A stretch of 64,000 nucleotides of DNA from Malacoraja senta. Taxonomy: Eukaryota. The position numbers and the translations under genes are program-made. Numbering within the stretch: the stretch's first letter is position 1; each line of letters starts with the position of its first letter. Shown piece after piece: positions 27,701 through 40,000 of the stretch. The stretch is taken from contig CM075988.1 in the NCBI GenBank assembly GCA_038087875.1, positions 17,672,001 to 17,736,000 of the forward strand. Reading direction: 5' to 3'. Below the pieces are notes generated by a model that worked only from the letters and a program-made list of their open reading frames with translations, was not told the origin of the DNA and made no database searches.

Positions 27701-27976
27701 TAGGGCAGTGGATGTCGTCGACACGGATTTTAGTAACGCATTTGATAAAGTCCCTCATTATAGGCTGATCCAGAAAATTAAGATGCACGGATCCACAGTG
27801 ATTTGGGCGTTTGGATTCCGAGTTCTGCAGGGATCTGTGCTGGGATCCTGGAATGCTGGGACCTCTGTTGTTTCTGATACATGTACATAAAGTAAAGTAA
27901 ATTTATTTATATAGCACTTTTCAATCAATTTCAATCACTGAAGCCAAAGTGCTTTACAGAGAAAATTATCCATATA

Positions 27977-29592
27977 CAGTGGCTTGCAAAAGTATTCATA
28001 CCCCTTGAATTTTTCCACATTTTGTCACGTTACAACCACAAACGTAAATGTATTTTATTGGGATTTTATGTGATAGACCAACACAAAGTGGCGCATAATT
28101 GTGAAGTGGAAGGAAAATGATACATGGTTTTCAAATTTGTTTACAAATAAAAAACTGAAAAGTGTCACGTGCAAAAGTATTCAGCCCCCTTTACTCTGAT
28201 ACCCCTAAATAAAATCCAGTGCAACCAATTGGCTTCAGAAGTCACCTAATTAGTAAATAGAGTCCACTTGTGTGTAATCTAATCTCAGTATAAATACAGC
28301 TGTTCTGTGAAGGCCTCAGAGGTTCGTTAGAGAACATTAGTGAACAAACAGCATCATGAAGCCCAAGGAACACACCAGACAGGTCAGGGATAAAGTTGTG
28401 GAGAAGTTTAAAGCAGGGTTAGGTTATAAACAAATATCCCAAGCTTTGAACATCTCACGGAGCACTGTTCAATCCATCATCCGAAAATGGAAAGAGTATG
28501 GCACAACTGCAAACCTACCAAGACATGGCCGTTCACCTAAACTGACAGGTCGGGCAAGGAGAGCATTGATCAGAGAAGCAGCCAAGAGGCCCATGGTAAC
28601 TCTGGAGGAGCTGCAGAGATCCACAGCTCGGGTGGGAGAATCTGGCCACAGGACAACTATTAGTCGTGCACTCCACAAATCGGGCCTTTATGGAAGAGTG
28701 GCAAGAAGAAAGCCATTGTTGAAAAAAAGCCATAAGAAGTCCCGTTTGCAGTTTGCCACAATCCATGTGGGGGACTCAGCAAACATGTGGAGGAAGGTGC
28801 ACTGGTCAGATGAGACCAAAATTGAAGTTTTTGGCCTAAATGCAAAACGCTATGTGTGGCGGAAACCTAACACTGCACATCACCCTGAACACACCATCCC
28901 CACTGTGAAACATGGTGCTGGCAACATCATGCTGTGGGGATGCTTATCTTCAGCAGGGACAGGGAAGCTGGTGAGAGTTGATGGGAAGATGGATGGAGCC
29001 AAATACAGGGCAATCTTGGAAGAAAACCTGTTAGAGTCTGCAAAAGACTTGAGACTGGGGCGGAGGTTCACCTTCCAGCAGGACAACGACCCTAAACATA
29101 CAGCCAGAGCTACAATGGAATGGTTTAGATCAAAGCATATTCATGTGTTAGAATGGCCCAGTCAAAGTCCAGACCTAAATCCAATTGAGAATCTCTGGCA
29201 AGACTTGAAAATTGCTGTTCACAGACGCTCTCCATCCAATCTGACAGCTTGAGCTATTTTGCAAAGAAGAATGGGCAAAAATTTCAGTCTCTAGATGTGC
29301 AAAGCTGGTAGAGACATACCCCCAAAAGACTTGGAGCTGTAATTGCAGCGAAAGGTGGTTCTACAAAGTATTGACTCACGGGGGCTGAATACTTTTGCAC
29401 GCGACACTTTTCAGTTTTTTATTTATAAAAAAATTTGAAGACCATGTATCATTTTCATTCCACTTCACAATTATGCACCACTTTGTGTTGGTCTATCACA
29501 TACAATCCCAATAAAATACATTTACGTTTGTGGTTGTAACGTGACAAAATGTGGAAAAGTTCAAGGGGTATGAATACTTTTGCAAGCCACTG
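27977..29592 (+). mobile_element. Full-length Tc1/mariner DNA transposon (IR/DR type)
   Basis: TA TSD on both sides. ~210-bp TIRs starting cagtggcttgcaaaagtattca, with an inner repeat gcaaaagtattca. Contains a transposase ORF. Confidence 0.97.
28356..29374 (+). pseudogene. Tc1 DD34E transposase, frameshifted near the C-terminus
   Basis: 298-aa ORF with paired-like HTH, WSDETK, QQDNDPKH and SPDLNPIE motifs; 34 residues between D and E. The remaining ELFCKEEW...GGSTKY* is out of frame after ~29245 and again at ~29320. Confidence 0.92.
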
Positions 29593-30282
29593 TAAATGAA
29601 AAAAAAAGAGGTAGGAAAAAAAGGACACGACACACTATTAGAGATTCAACACGAACATCCCCCCACAGCAGAGTCGACACTCTCCACTGTGAGGGAAAGG
29701 CACCAAAATGTCCAGTCCTCCTCCTAGTCCACCCGAGGTCGGGGCCAGTTTGAGGCCTCCGCAGCCAGTCGCCGCAACGGCAGCCCGATGTTGTAGGCCC
29801 GCCTGCCGGGAAGCTGGAACACCGGCATCGGGTGGAAAGTCCTCAGCGGCTTGGAAGTGTCTGGAGCGGCCGCTCCCTCCCCGGAGACTGCGACGCCCGT
29901 GGACTTCAGGCCGCGCCGGTTGGAGCTTCGACTCTGACTCCGTGGTGTTTTCGATCCAGCGCCGCCCGCCCGCGGCGGGACGACCGCAGACCGCGGCTGC
30001 TCGATGTTGGTGGTCGGCGGTCACAGCACTCCGGAGCGGCGACCCGGCAAGGCATCGCCCGCTCCGTGTTGGTGTCCCAGCGCTGTGCCGCCGAAGCTGT
30101 GGTCCCGGCAGGAACGCCGCTCCAGCCCGATGGAAGGCCGCATGGGGAGAGCGAAGATGCGATTTGGAGGAAAACCGCATCTCCGACCAGGTAGGACTGG
30201 GGTTGAAACAGTTTCCCACCCACCCCCCACATAGAAAGAATAGACCTCCAAATAAAAGTTATAGACAATAAAAAGGTTTAGA

Positions 30283-30640
30283 TAGATACATAGAAAATAG
30301 GTGCAGGAGTAGGCCATTCGGCCCTTCGAGCCTGCACCGCCATTCAATATGATCATGGCTGATCATCCAACTCAGTATCCCGTACCTGCCTTCTCTCCAT
30401 ACCCCCTGATCCCCTTAGCCACAAGGGCCACATCTAACTCCCTCTTAAATATAGCCAATGAACTGGCCTCAACTACCCTCTGTGGCAGAGAGTTCCAGAG
30501 ATTCACCACTCTCTGTGTGAAAAAGTTTTTCCTCATCTCGGTCTTAAAGGATTTCCCCCTTATCCTTAAGCTGTGACCCCTTGTCCTGGACTTCCCCAAC
30601 ATCGGGAACAATCTTCCTGCATCTAGCCTGTCCAACCCCT
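30283..30640 (-). mobile_element. Young 5'-truncated CR1 3' end
   Basis: 8-bp TSD ggtttaga (30275-30282 and 30641-30648). Encodes TRGHSLRI..FFTQRVVNLWNSLP. Microsatellite tail. Confidence 0.85.
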
Positions 30641-31489
30641 GGTTTAGAGGACAGACTGCAGGCAGGCGCCCGTACAAACGGCGCCCACTCCTGCACATCC
30701 GCCATCTTGAAAGTCACTTAATGACTTGTTGATTTTGGTGGTTGTTTAGTAAATTTGCAGACGACTCCAATTGATGGAGTTGCAGACAGTGAGGATGGCT
30801 GTCAAAGTTTACAGAGGGATATACAGTAGATCAGTTACAGAAATGGGCGGAGATACGGCAGGTGGAGTTTATTCTGAGCAAGTGTGAGGTGTTACACATT
30901 GGGAGATCGAATGGTGGGGAGAGTATATAGTTAATGGCATGACCCAAGTCGACGATACACTCCAATAAAACATTCAGCTTGGGTCATATTGCTCCAGTGC
31001 CGTGCGTTATCCAGGGCAGAGTGATTTGCTTATATTACCACATACGTCATGAGCTTTTAATTGATGGCAATATACGTGCAGAAGAATAAGCCTTCTATTC
31101 TGCTTATCAGCAAATGTCTCCAGGTTTGGTTGACTTGGCTCCGAACAGAATATTTCCAAGGGCTGGGGTTAGGTCTAGGTCGGCTATGATTGGGTTAGGT
31201 TCCATGAATTTTTGGATTTGGACTGTATTTCAACAGGACCCTGTGGAATTATGATCACAAACCTCCAGCCAGAAGAAACCCTTCCACCACACCCATTTGT
31301 CTTAATATGATTAAACCAATTCCAAATCTAAAACAGCCAAATTACTGTGGATCCCATGCATCTTAATCTTAGTTGCACCAATGTAGGCCAGTGTCCTATT
31401 AGACTCTTGAAAATATTGCAATATTTTTTGAAGAAGTGTTTGACATTCTGAATTAATTTAACACTTTTTCCCTATAATAATATGGAGAG

Positions 31490-31775
31490 ATGGAGCATAG
31501 AAACAGGTTCTTGAGTCCACCATCAACCCATTTACACTAACCCAACATTATTCCTATTCTTCCTACATTCTATCAATTCCTTATAGATTCTACAACTCTC
31601 CTACTACTCTACGGTAATTTGGAGTGGCCACATGACCTACTGAACTGCATATCTTTGGGATGTGGAGGAAACATGGGGAAATTGTGTAATTTCCACACAG
31701 ACAGCGTCCAATGTCAGGATTGAACCCAGCTTGCTGGTGCGGTGAGGCGGGGCTCTACTTGGTGCGCACTATGCT
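31490..31775 (-). mobile_element. tRNA-derived HE1-like SINE (decayed)
   Basis: Minus strand: tRNA-like head (gtgcgcaccaagtagagc..ctgggttcaatcctgac), gctgtctgtgtgga core and CR1-like tail. Similar pieces at ~4860, 21050, 47875, 49405 and 63925. Confidence 0.55.
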
Positions 31776-32782
31776 GGACATTGCGTAGGGCCCTATGCAT
31801 TGTAATTGAACCAGAGGTGTCCAAACTTTGCAAGAAAATCCTATTCTGTATGGTTGTAAATGGGCAAGGCAGGCTCACGTGTTCCTGCAGCTGCATTTAA
31901 CAATTATCAACTGGCATTTCCATCGTAATCCAGAGCTGTGAGCATCAAACTCTAAGATAATGCAAGGTACAAAATTGAATAAATGCTGCACTGTCCGAGA
32001 GATGATGTTTTATGGATGAGACCATAAGGGTAGACTGTGTCGGCAGGTGGATGTCAGACCCTAAGTTACTATTTTGAAGAAAAGTGCTGGAATCTCCAGA
32101 ATGTTGGCCAGTTATTATGCGTACTCATCACTACTTAGAAAACAGTAATGTTTTCCCGATGGCAATGGACTTGAATTGGGTATCTGCTTACGCATTACAT
32201 GTTGAGTGCCATAACCAAGCATCACTTGTACACCACATGAACTGTTCGTTATAACATTAGCTTTTCACACATTGGCTGCCTTGTTTCCTATATTTCAATA
32301 ATGCCTATATTTCTAAAGAACTGCATTAGATGAAGACACATTGGTAAGATCTGAAAGGCATCACAGAAACGAAAGCTTTGCGTTTCTTCCACATTCATGC
32401 GTCAAAGCAATTAATAGCAGTATTTTGCAGTTCCTGTTTTCCACTGCTCAGGCTGTGGCATCAAACATGTCACATGCATCTCGATCCAAGATATCAGCTG
32501 ATTCCCTGTGTGAGTCAGCAGTAGGTGGAGTCCAGTTAAAATTAGCTGTGAGATAGTTGGGAGCAGAGACTGTGACTCAGTAACCTGTTTGACATTCCAC
32601 CACCACCTCTTTTAATGAAACCAATATGCATTATGTCTTAAATGTATTATGGCCTTAAGCAAAATATCAAGCATACCAATGTGGAGCACAATGCAAACCA
32701 AGACAAAGGTGCGATTTACACAGATTTATATTTAAGCATACAGGGCCTATGAGGTTGAGCTGACAAGCCCCTGCAGCACAGG

Positions 32783-32963
32783 TAGATACATAGATACATA
32801 GAAAATAGGTGCAGGAGTAGGCCATTCGGCCCTTCGAGCCTGCACCGCCATTCAATACGATCATGGCTGATCATCCAACTCAGTATCCCGTACCTGCCTT
32901 CTCTCCATACCCCCTGATCCCTTTAGCCACAAGGGCCACATCTAATTCCTTCTTAAATATAGC
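32783..32963 (-). mobile_element. Short CR1 3' end, near-identical to 30283-30455
   Basis: Shared tagatacatagaaaataggtgcaggagtaggccattcggcccttcgag... sequence. Confidence 0.85.
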
Positions 32964-35294
32964 TGTTAAATACATGTACACTCTTAAATACAAATATCAC
33001 TCTTAAATACATGTCCTGCGGCTGGGTTGTCCAGAGAAAAGAGATAATGCCGACACGACATTCACGACAGAGATGAGAAGACGTTTCTTGACACAGAATG
33101 TGGTGAACGTTTGACTTTCTTGGCCCAACAATGGAGGCTCAGTCAGTGGAGGCTCAGTCATTGAACACATTCAAGGCAGAAATGAATAGATATTTTTATT
33201 GTTCGTTGCAAGGATGTGGGCTTCACAAGCTGAGCCAGTATTTAATTGCCCATCCTTAATTGCCGTTGAGAAAATGGTGGTGAACTTCCTTCTTGATCAG
33301 CAGCAGTCCTGGAGGTGTGTGTATTCCCACAATGCTGTTATGGAGGGAGTTCCTAGATTTTGACACAGCGATAGTGAAACTGTTAAAAAATAATTCCAAG
33401 TCAGGACTGTGTGTCCACTGTCGACAACCTCCCGATGGTAGTGTCCGCGTGCTGTTGCAGCACAGACATTGTGGGCCGAAGAGCCTGTTCCTGTGATGTA
33501 CTTCTCCTAGTTCTTCTGACCTGATGATTGAAGGAAGGTAATTCATTGATGAAGCAGTTGAAGATGGTTGGGCCTAGGACAACTGAGGAATCCTGCAGAG
33601 ATGTCCTGTGGCTGCCCTGATAGATCTCCAACCACCACAACCATCTTTGTTTGTTCTTGGTAATATTCCAACCGGCGAAGGGTTTTCCAATTTTTTTGGA
33701 AATGAAGGAAATCAGGGATATACAGTTAGTGCAAAAATGTGGTGCAGAGGAAAAGATTAATATGATTTTATTAAATGTCAGAGCAGTCAACTGGGGCCAA
33801 ATGCCTTGCTGCTTCTTATTGATGACATGTATCTGGTGGCAACTTCGGCCCTACTGAGCACTGAGACAATATATTTCATTCTGCAGTTGCTGGCTCGAAG
33901 GGCCGAATGCCCTACTCCTGCACCTATTGTCTATTGTCTACTACCTACAAAGATATGTTATTTGGTTATGGTTTGAAGAAGTTGTTCACGAGATTCATGT
34001 TAAATCTTTCCCCCCTCACTTTAAACCACACACTGCTTGGATTAAACTCCATCTGCTATTTCTCTGCTTATTTCTATCGTTGATCATTATCTAAATCTCG
34101 CTGAATATTATAAAAATCTTCCTCACTGTCCGCAACTCCAGCTATTTTGGCGTCATATGCAAAATTACTAACCAACTCATTGAGGTCATATATATATTAT
34201 CAAAGCCCAATACACAGTGTAAAAATGTGAGGATATTGGAGCCTGCTAAAATTTGTTGTATTACAGGTAGTCTTGTATTTCAATGTGCACACAGTACTAC
34301 TTCACACATTTGGCATACACAGCTGACAATTTTCACCACCTAATATTTTTGAAAATTCATAGTTTTGCTTTATTTTAAAATCATGATCTCTTTTGTATTG
34401 CCAGGAATGAAAGTTTTAAGGCCTGTTGACCCCAGTCAGAGAAACAAAGGAAATAAAATCCTCTGCCATTTCAATAAACTCTTGGTTTTGTTCACCTGCC
34501 AATCCTCAAATCTGAAGGGAAGAGCGATGCTGAGATTTTCATCTGTTTGCTGTCAATAGCAGGGGAAGAGAAGCAGGCAAGGCGCACACTGAAGGCCCAT
34601 GATATATAGATCAGCACTTAAATACACCAAGGTCTGCAAACATATTGACTTTGACCCTTTTGAAACAACTTTGGAACAAGCTGTTGTGTTACTTCACATT
34701 AGGAAAGTGATGCACTGAGACAATATATTTCACTCTGCAGTTGCGGATTTTTGTATTTGTAAAAATTAACACTTGTTTATATGTTTCAAAGGATGGAATG
34801 TTAAGCTGTAATGTGCTTCAAAACAACTTTTGTTTACAATGAGAGTCTGGAATCAGAGCAGAGGAAAAACAGTGCTTAAGTAGAGGAGAAAGGGGCGTAG
34901 ATAATAGACAGTATAGAGCAGAAGGGAAAAAAGGCATTTAAATTTTCTTTTGTTTTCCTTCATTTTCGGAAACTTCGTGCTGTAGACGCTTTCTGCTTCA
35001 ATGTGCAATTCAGTTGCAAACAGAAGGCAACGTTGTTCAATCATAAAGTCGTACAGCATAGAAACAAGCCCTGAGTAGCACCCACTTTATTGTCATCTGC
35101 AAACTTACTAATCATACCTTGCACATTCTCACATTCCAGGCACCCCTTTACCTGCAAACAACTTGCTCCAATCAACCTTTGCAAATTCCTGTCCAATACC
35201 ATCAAAGCTGGTCTTGCACCAATTCAGAATTTTAACTTATAGACCAGCCCTGTCCTTGTCTATAACTATTTAAAAGTTAATAAAGCTGTAATTT

Positions 35295-37000
35295 TCTTTT
35301 CTTCGGTATTCACCAAGGAGAAGGATATTGAATTATGTGAGGTAAGGGAAACAAGTAGAGTAGCTATGGAAACTATGAGATTCAAAGAAGAGGAAGTACT
35401 GACACTTTTGAGAAATATAAAAGTGGATAAGTCTCCAGGTCCGGACAGGATATTCCCAAGGACATTGAGGGAAGTTAGTGTAGAAATAGCAGGGGCTATG
35501 ACAGAAATATTTCAAATGTCATTAGAAACGGCAATAGTGCCGGAGGATTGGCGTACTGCGCATGTTGTTCCATTGTTTAAAAAGGGGTCTAAGAGTAAAC
35601 CTAGCAATTATAGACCTGTTAGTTTGACGTCAGTGGTAGGCAAATTAATGGAAAGGATACTTAGAGATTATATATATAAGCATCTGGATAAACAGGGGCT
35701 GATTAGGAACAGTCAACATGGATTTGTGCCTGGAAGGTCATGTTTGACTAATCTTCTTGAATTTTTTGAAGAGGTTACTCGGGAAATTGATGAGGGTAAA
35801 GCCGTGGATGTTGTATATATGGACTTCAGTAAGGCCTTTGACAAGATTCCTCACGGAAGGTTGGTTAAGAAGGTTCAATGGTTGGGTATTAATGGTGGAG
35901 TAGCAAGATGGATTCAACAGTGGCTGAATGGGAGATGCCAGAGAGTAATGGTGGATGGTTGTTTGTCAGGTTGGAGGCCAGTGACTAGTGGGGTGCCACA
36001 GGGATCTGTGTTGGGTCCACTGTTGTTTGTCATGTACATCAATGATCTGGATGATGGTGTGGTAAATTGGATTAGTAAGTATGCAGAGGATACTAAGATA
36101 GGTGGGGCTGTGGATAATGAAGTAGATTTTCAAAGTCTACAGAGATTTATGCCGGTTGGAAGAGTGGGCTGAAAGATGGCAGATGGAGTTTAATGTTGAT
36201 AAGTGTGAGGTGCTACATCTTGGCAGGACAAATCAAAATAGGACATACATGGTAAATGGTAGGGAATTGAAGAATGCAGGTGAACAGAGGGATCTTGGAA
36301 TAACTGTGCACAGTTCCCTGAAATTGGAATCTCATGTAGATAGGGTGGTAAAGAAAGCTTTTGGTGTGCTGGCTTTTATAAATCAGAGCATTGAGTTTAG
36401 AAGTAGGGATGTAATGTTAAAATTGTACACGGCATTGGTGAGGCCAATTCTGGAGTATGGTGTACAATTTTGGTCGCCTAATTATAGGAAGGATGTCAAC
36501 AAAATAGAGAGAGTACAGAGGAGATTTACTAGAATGTTGCCTGGGTTTCAGCAACTAAGTTACAGAGAAAGGTTGAACAAGTTAGGGCTTTATTCTTTGG
36601 AGCGCAGAAGGTTAATGGGGGACTTGATAGAGGTCTTTAAAATGATGAGAGGGATAGACAGAGTTGACGTGGATAAGCTTTTCCCACTGAGAGTAGGGAA
36701 GATTCAAACAAGGGGACATGACTTGAGAATTAAGGGACAGAAGTTTAGGGGTAACATGAGGGGGAACTTCTTTACTCAGAGAGTGGTGGCTGTGTGGAAT
36801 GAGCTTCCAGAGAAGGTGGTGGAGGCAGGTTCATTTTTATCATTTAAAAATAAATTGGATAGTTATATGGACGGGAAAGGAATGGAGGGTTATGGTCTGA
36901 GCGCAGGTATATGGGACTAGGGGAGAATACGTGTTCGGCACGGACTAGAAGGGTCGAGATGGCCTGTTTCCGTGCTGTAATTGTTATATGGTTATATGGT
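35295..37000 (+). mobile_element. Young 5'-truncated CR1 LINE (ORF2 RT domain, one frameshift at ~36147)
   Basis: ORFs 35366-36172 and 36156-36920 carry KSPGPD, NYRPVSLTS, QHGF, DFSKAFD, GVPQGSVLGP, Y(A)EDT and FFTQRVV..WN.LP. (ttatatgg)n tail. Confidence 0.95.
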
Positions 37001-40000
37001 AATTGCTGGTCGCAAAATGCTTACCCACAGACACTTCAGTCACATGCTCTTCCCAATTTTCTAAAAGTAGATCAAGATGTGCCCTCGCCCTTTTTGGGGC
37101 GTATACATATTGCTTGATGAAACTTTCCTGAACACATTTGACAAATTCCACCCTGTCTGAGCCCTTGGCACTATGGCAGTCCCAATCTCTATCTGGAAAG
37201 TAAAAGTCCCCTACTGACAACTCTCTTATTCTTGCAGCTGCCGACAATCTCCCAATACATTTGATTTTTTCATTCCCTTTGACTATTTGGGGGTCTGTAG
37301 GACGCTCCCAACATGGTGATCATCCCCTTTTTATTTCTCAGCTCCAGCGACATAGCCTCACTGGATAAATCGTTGGTGAACATTCCCACTTTAGACTTCT
37401 GAAAGCTCTGGATGAAGTAGTTGAAAGTGGTTCGACCTGGGCCATTGCCCAGAGGAAGTAATTAATGTCCTAGATTGAGGTGATTCAGCACAGCAACAAC
37501 AAACATCATTTCTGTGCTGGGTGTGATTCCTCTCATCGGGCTGTTTTCCTTTAGATTCCTTTCTCCTTGATCCCTGTATTTCAATTTTCCTGCAGTTCCT
37601 CAGTGCCACCCTCAGCCAGATGTTACCCTGACGTCAGTGGCAGCCACCTTCACCTCAACTCTGGAATTCAGTTCTTTGGACCCAGATCATAATGAAGTCT
37701 GGAGCCAAATGGTCCCAGCAAAAAGCCACGATTGATGATCAGGTCTTGGTGAGTGAGACCACTCACTAGAACCCTCTGTGACAATTCAGATTAAACCAAA
37801 CCAATGGTAGTTGGCTGAAATGGATAATTTTGAATAGAGATACTTAGGCAAGTTTTGTGTAGGAAGGAACTGCAGATGCTGGTTTAAACATGAAGATCGA
37901 CCCAAAAATTTGGAGTAACTCAGCAGATCAGGCAACATCTCGGGAGAAAAGGAATAGGTGACATTTCAGGTTGAGACCCTTCTTCAGACCAAGGCAAGAC
38001 AAGGGAACGTCTTGTGCAGCTGTAGTATAACATCCCAACTTTGATAGTCACTTGCCGAATTGATGAAGGCTAATGTACCAAAAGCCTACTTGACCACCAT
38101 ATCTACCTGTGGCACCACTTTTGAGGATCTTTAGGCAAGTTTTGTTGGGTGATGCCAGTGTAATAATTAGACTGACTGGAGATACTACCAGTACTGGAAT
38201 GCAAGTTCTCAGCACCCTAGCCACATGTTGTTAGGATTTATAGCTTTTCCAATATTCAATGCGCATAGATACTTGATATCATGTAGATCGATTTGCTTTA
38301 AACTGGCTTCCGTGAGCTTGGAGATCACAAAGGATCATCCATGTGTCTGTTTGCGAATGTTTCAGACATGTTTTGGGACACTTGCGTGCTGGGTCCTGCC
38401 ATTATTGAGCATGGGAATGTTTTCGGAGCCAACTCCCACTGTTACTACTTAATTATCCACCACGAGACACTATCGTGGTGTCAAGATTGCAGGCAGTGGA
38501 TTGGGTCTGTTACTTATGGGATCACTTTGCTCTGAAGAATGCTGCTTCTACTTGTGGTTCAGTGGGAGGACATTATTTCTAATTATGTTTAGGGCTGTTC
38601 CTGACATTCTCTTCTGCACTCCTCGCTGATCAGTTAGTTTGATGGTGACAGTGGAGCGAGGGATGTGCCAGCATATGAAATAGATCATGGAATCTAATCT
38701 GCTGTCATAGCGTCATTGCACTCTGAGATGCCTCGAGTAAATAAGTCAGATCTGAATCTATATCATTTAGAACAATGATAATGGTGGACAATATAAGGAT
38801 GGTATCCTCCATGTGAAGGCAGAACTTGTCCCTGTAAAAACTGTGGTAGTCATTTCTATCACTCCCATAATTGTCAGATGCAGATATATCGGTGAACATG
38901 AGTTTAGATAGACCTTTCTCTTGTGTTTATTCAATTGCCGGCAGCTGCAGATCCAGTTAATTGACCATGCCTTTTAGAACTTGTTTATCTTGGTGGGTAT
39001 ATTTGCTGGCGAGCCATTTTACGACAGGTTAGGACATCGCCTAGCTAGAACACTTCATGTTCTCCTTCTTTCACCATTGCTTCTTCCAAGTGTTGCTTAA
39101 AATGGAGGTGTAACAGTAGATGGTTATCAGGAGGACGATTTATTACCCATGTTTGCTCCGAGCAACCATGGAGGATTAATTTGTAATGGTTGCTCTAATA
39201 TGTAATGAGGTCTTGAGTTCATGTTGAGGATCTTCCAATCCACTCTATCCAATTTATAAACCAGTTTTGCTCCCATTCTAGTAGACTGTGTCTCTCCCTG
39301 TAATGGCACAGATGTTAACGAGTAGATGGTGTCATAAATGTTCAGCAACAATACTGACACTGTTACTTTCTCATTTCTAAGATTCTTCTGCTAAAGATTT
39401 TTTTTAAATTATTTTTTGATTATATGCTATTCCATTTTGAATAGGCTTAATTGCAAAGTTAATAACAATGCAACAGTAGTAATGGAGCATGTTTAACATC
39501 CCAGGCTACATCACACGATTGTTAACAAACAGACTTTGACATTGAATCAAGATGCAAATATTGAACGTGATTTGGGCGATGGTGACAATGGTTTGGTCAC
39601 TAAAGAGAGGGAGGGCAGTTAACGAGGCAATTCCAGAGCTTGGGCTCTTGGCATCTGGACACAGAGCTGGCAATGGTGAACAAAGAAAATCCAGATGTAC
39701 AAGATGCCAGAATTGGAAGATTACAGAAATGCGGTTGTAGGGCTGGAGGAGTTTCAGGATGGGGAGGCTGAGGCCAAGAAAAAGTGATTCAATGCCAGAA
39801 GAAGAATTGTCAGTCAGTTGTTAGTCGGGGATCTAAGGTAGGATGGAAGATGGGAGACCAGAACTCGGAAATAGCCACCACTTGAGGCGACAAAGACTTA
39901 AATGAGGGTTTCAGGAGCTGATAAGATTCAATGTGAATTAACCTGTTTGCGGTAAATTCCTTTCGGTTCATTACATCCCCCAGCATCGTATCCTAATGAT

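Larger units (their letters stand above)
27888..30712 (-). mobile_element. Non-autonomous LINE-tailed element with GC-rich 5' part (hosts the Tc1 and a CR1 fragment)
   Basis: Minus-strand 3' end gtgctatataaataaatttactttacttt resembles L2-type tails. CpG-rich body at 29700-30200. Minus-strand 5' end starts aagatggcgg. Confidence 0.55.
27171..30945 (+). mobile_element. Decayed CR1 LINE RT region split by nested insertions
   Basis: CLTNLIEFF / DFSNAFDKVPH / QGSVLG..GPLLFLI up to ~27885. Resumes at ~30718 with NDL..SKFADD...WQVEF. Confidence 0.75.

Noticed and set aside
29638..30356. Multiple long overlapping GC-rich ORFs / CpG-island-like region
   Set aside because: Lies inside a repeat body. 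ORFs in several frames reflect stop-codon scarcity in GC-rich DNA; no recognisable domain.
35625..37636. Additional TGACGTCA CRE palindromes (~35625 and 37629)
   Set aside because: One lies within CR1 coding sequence; the other is isolated, with no supporting motif context.
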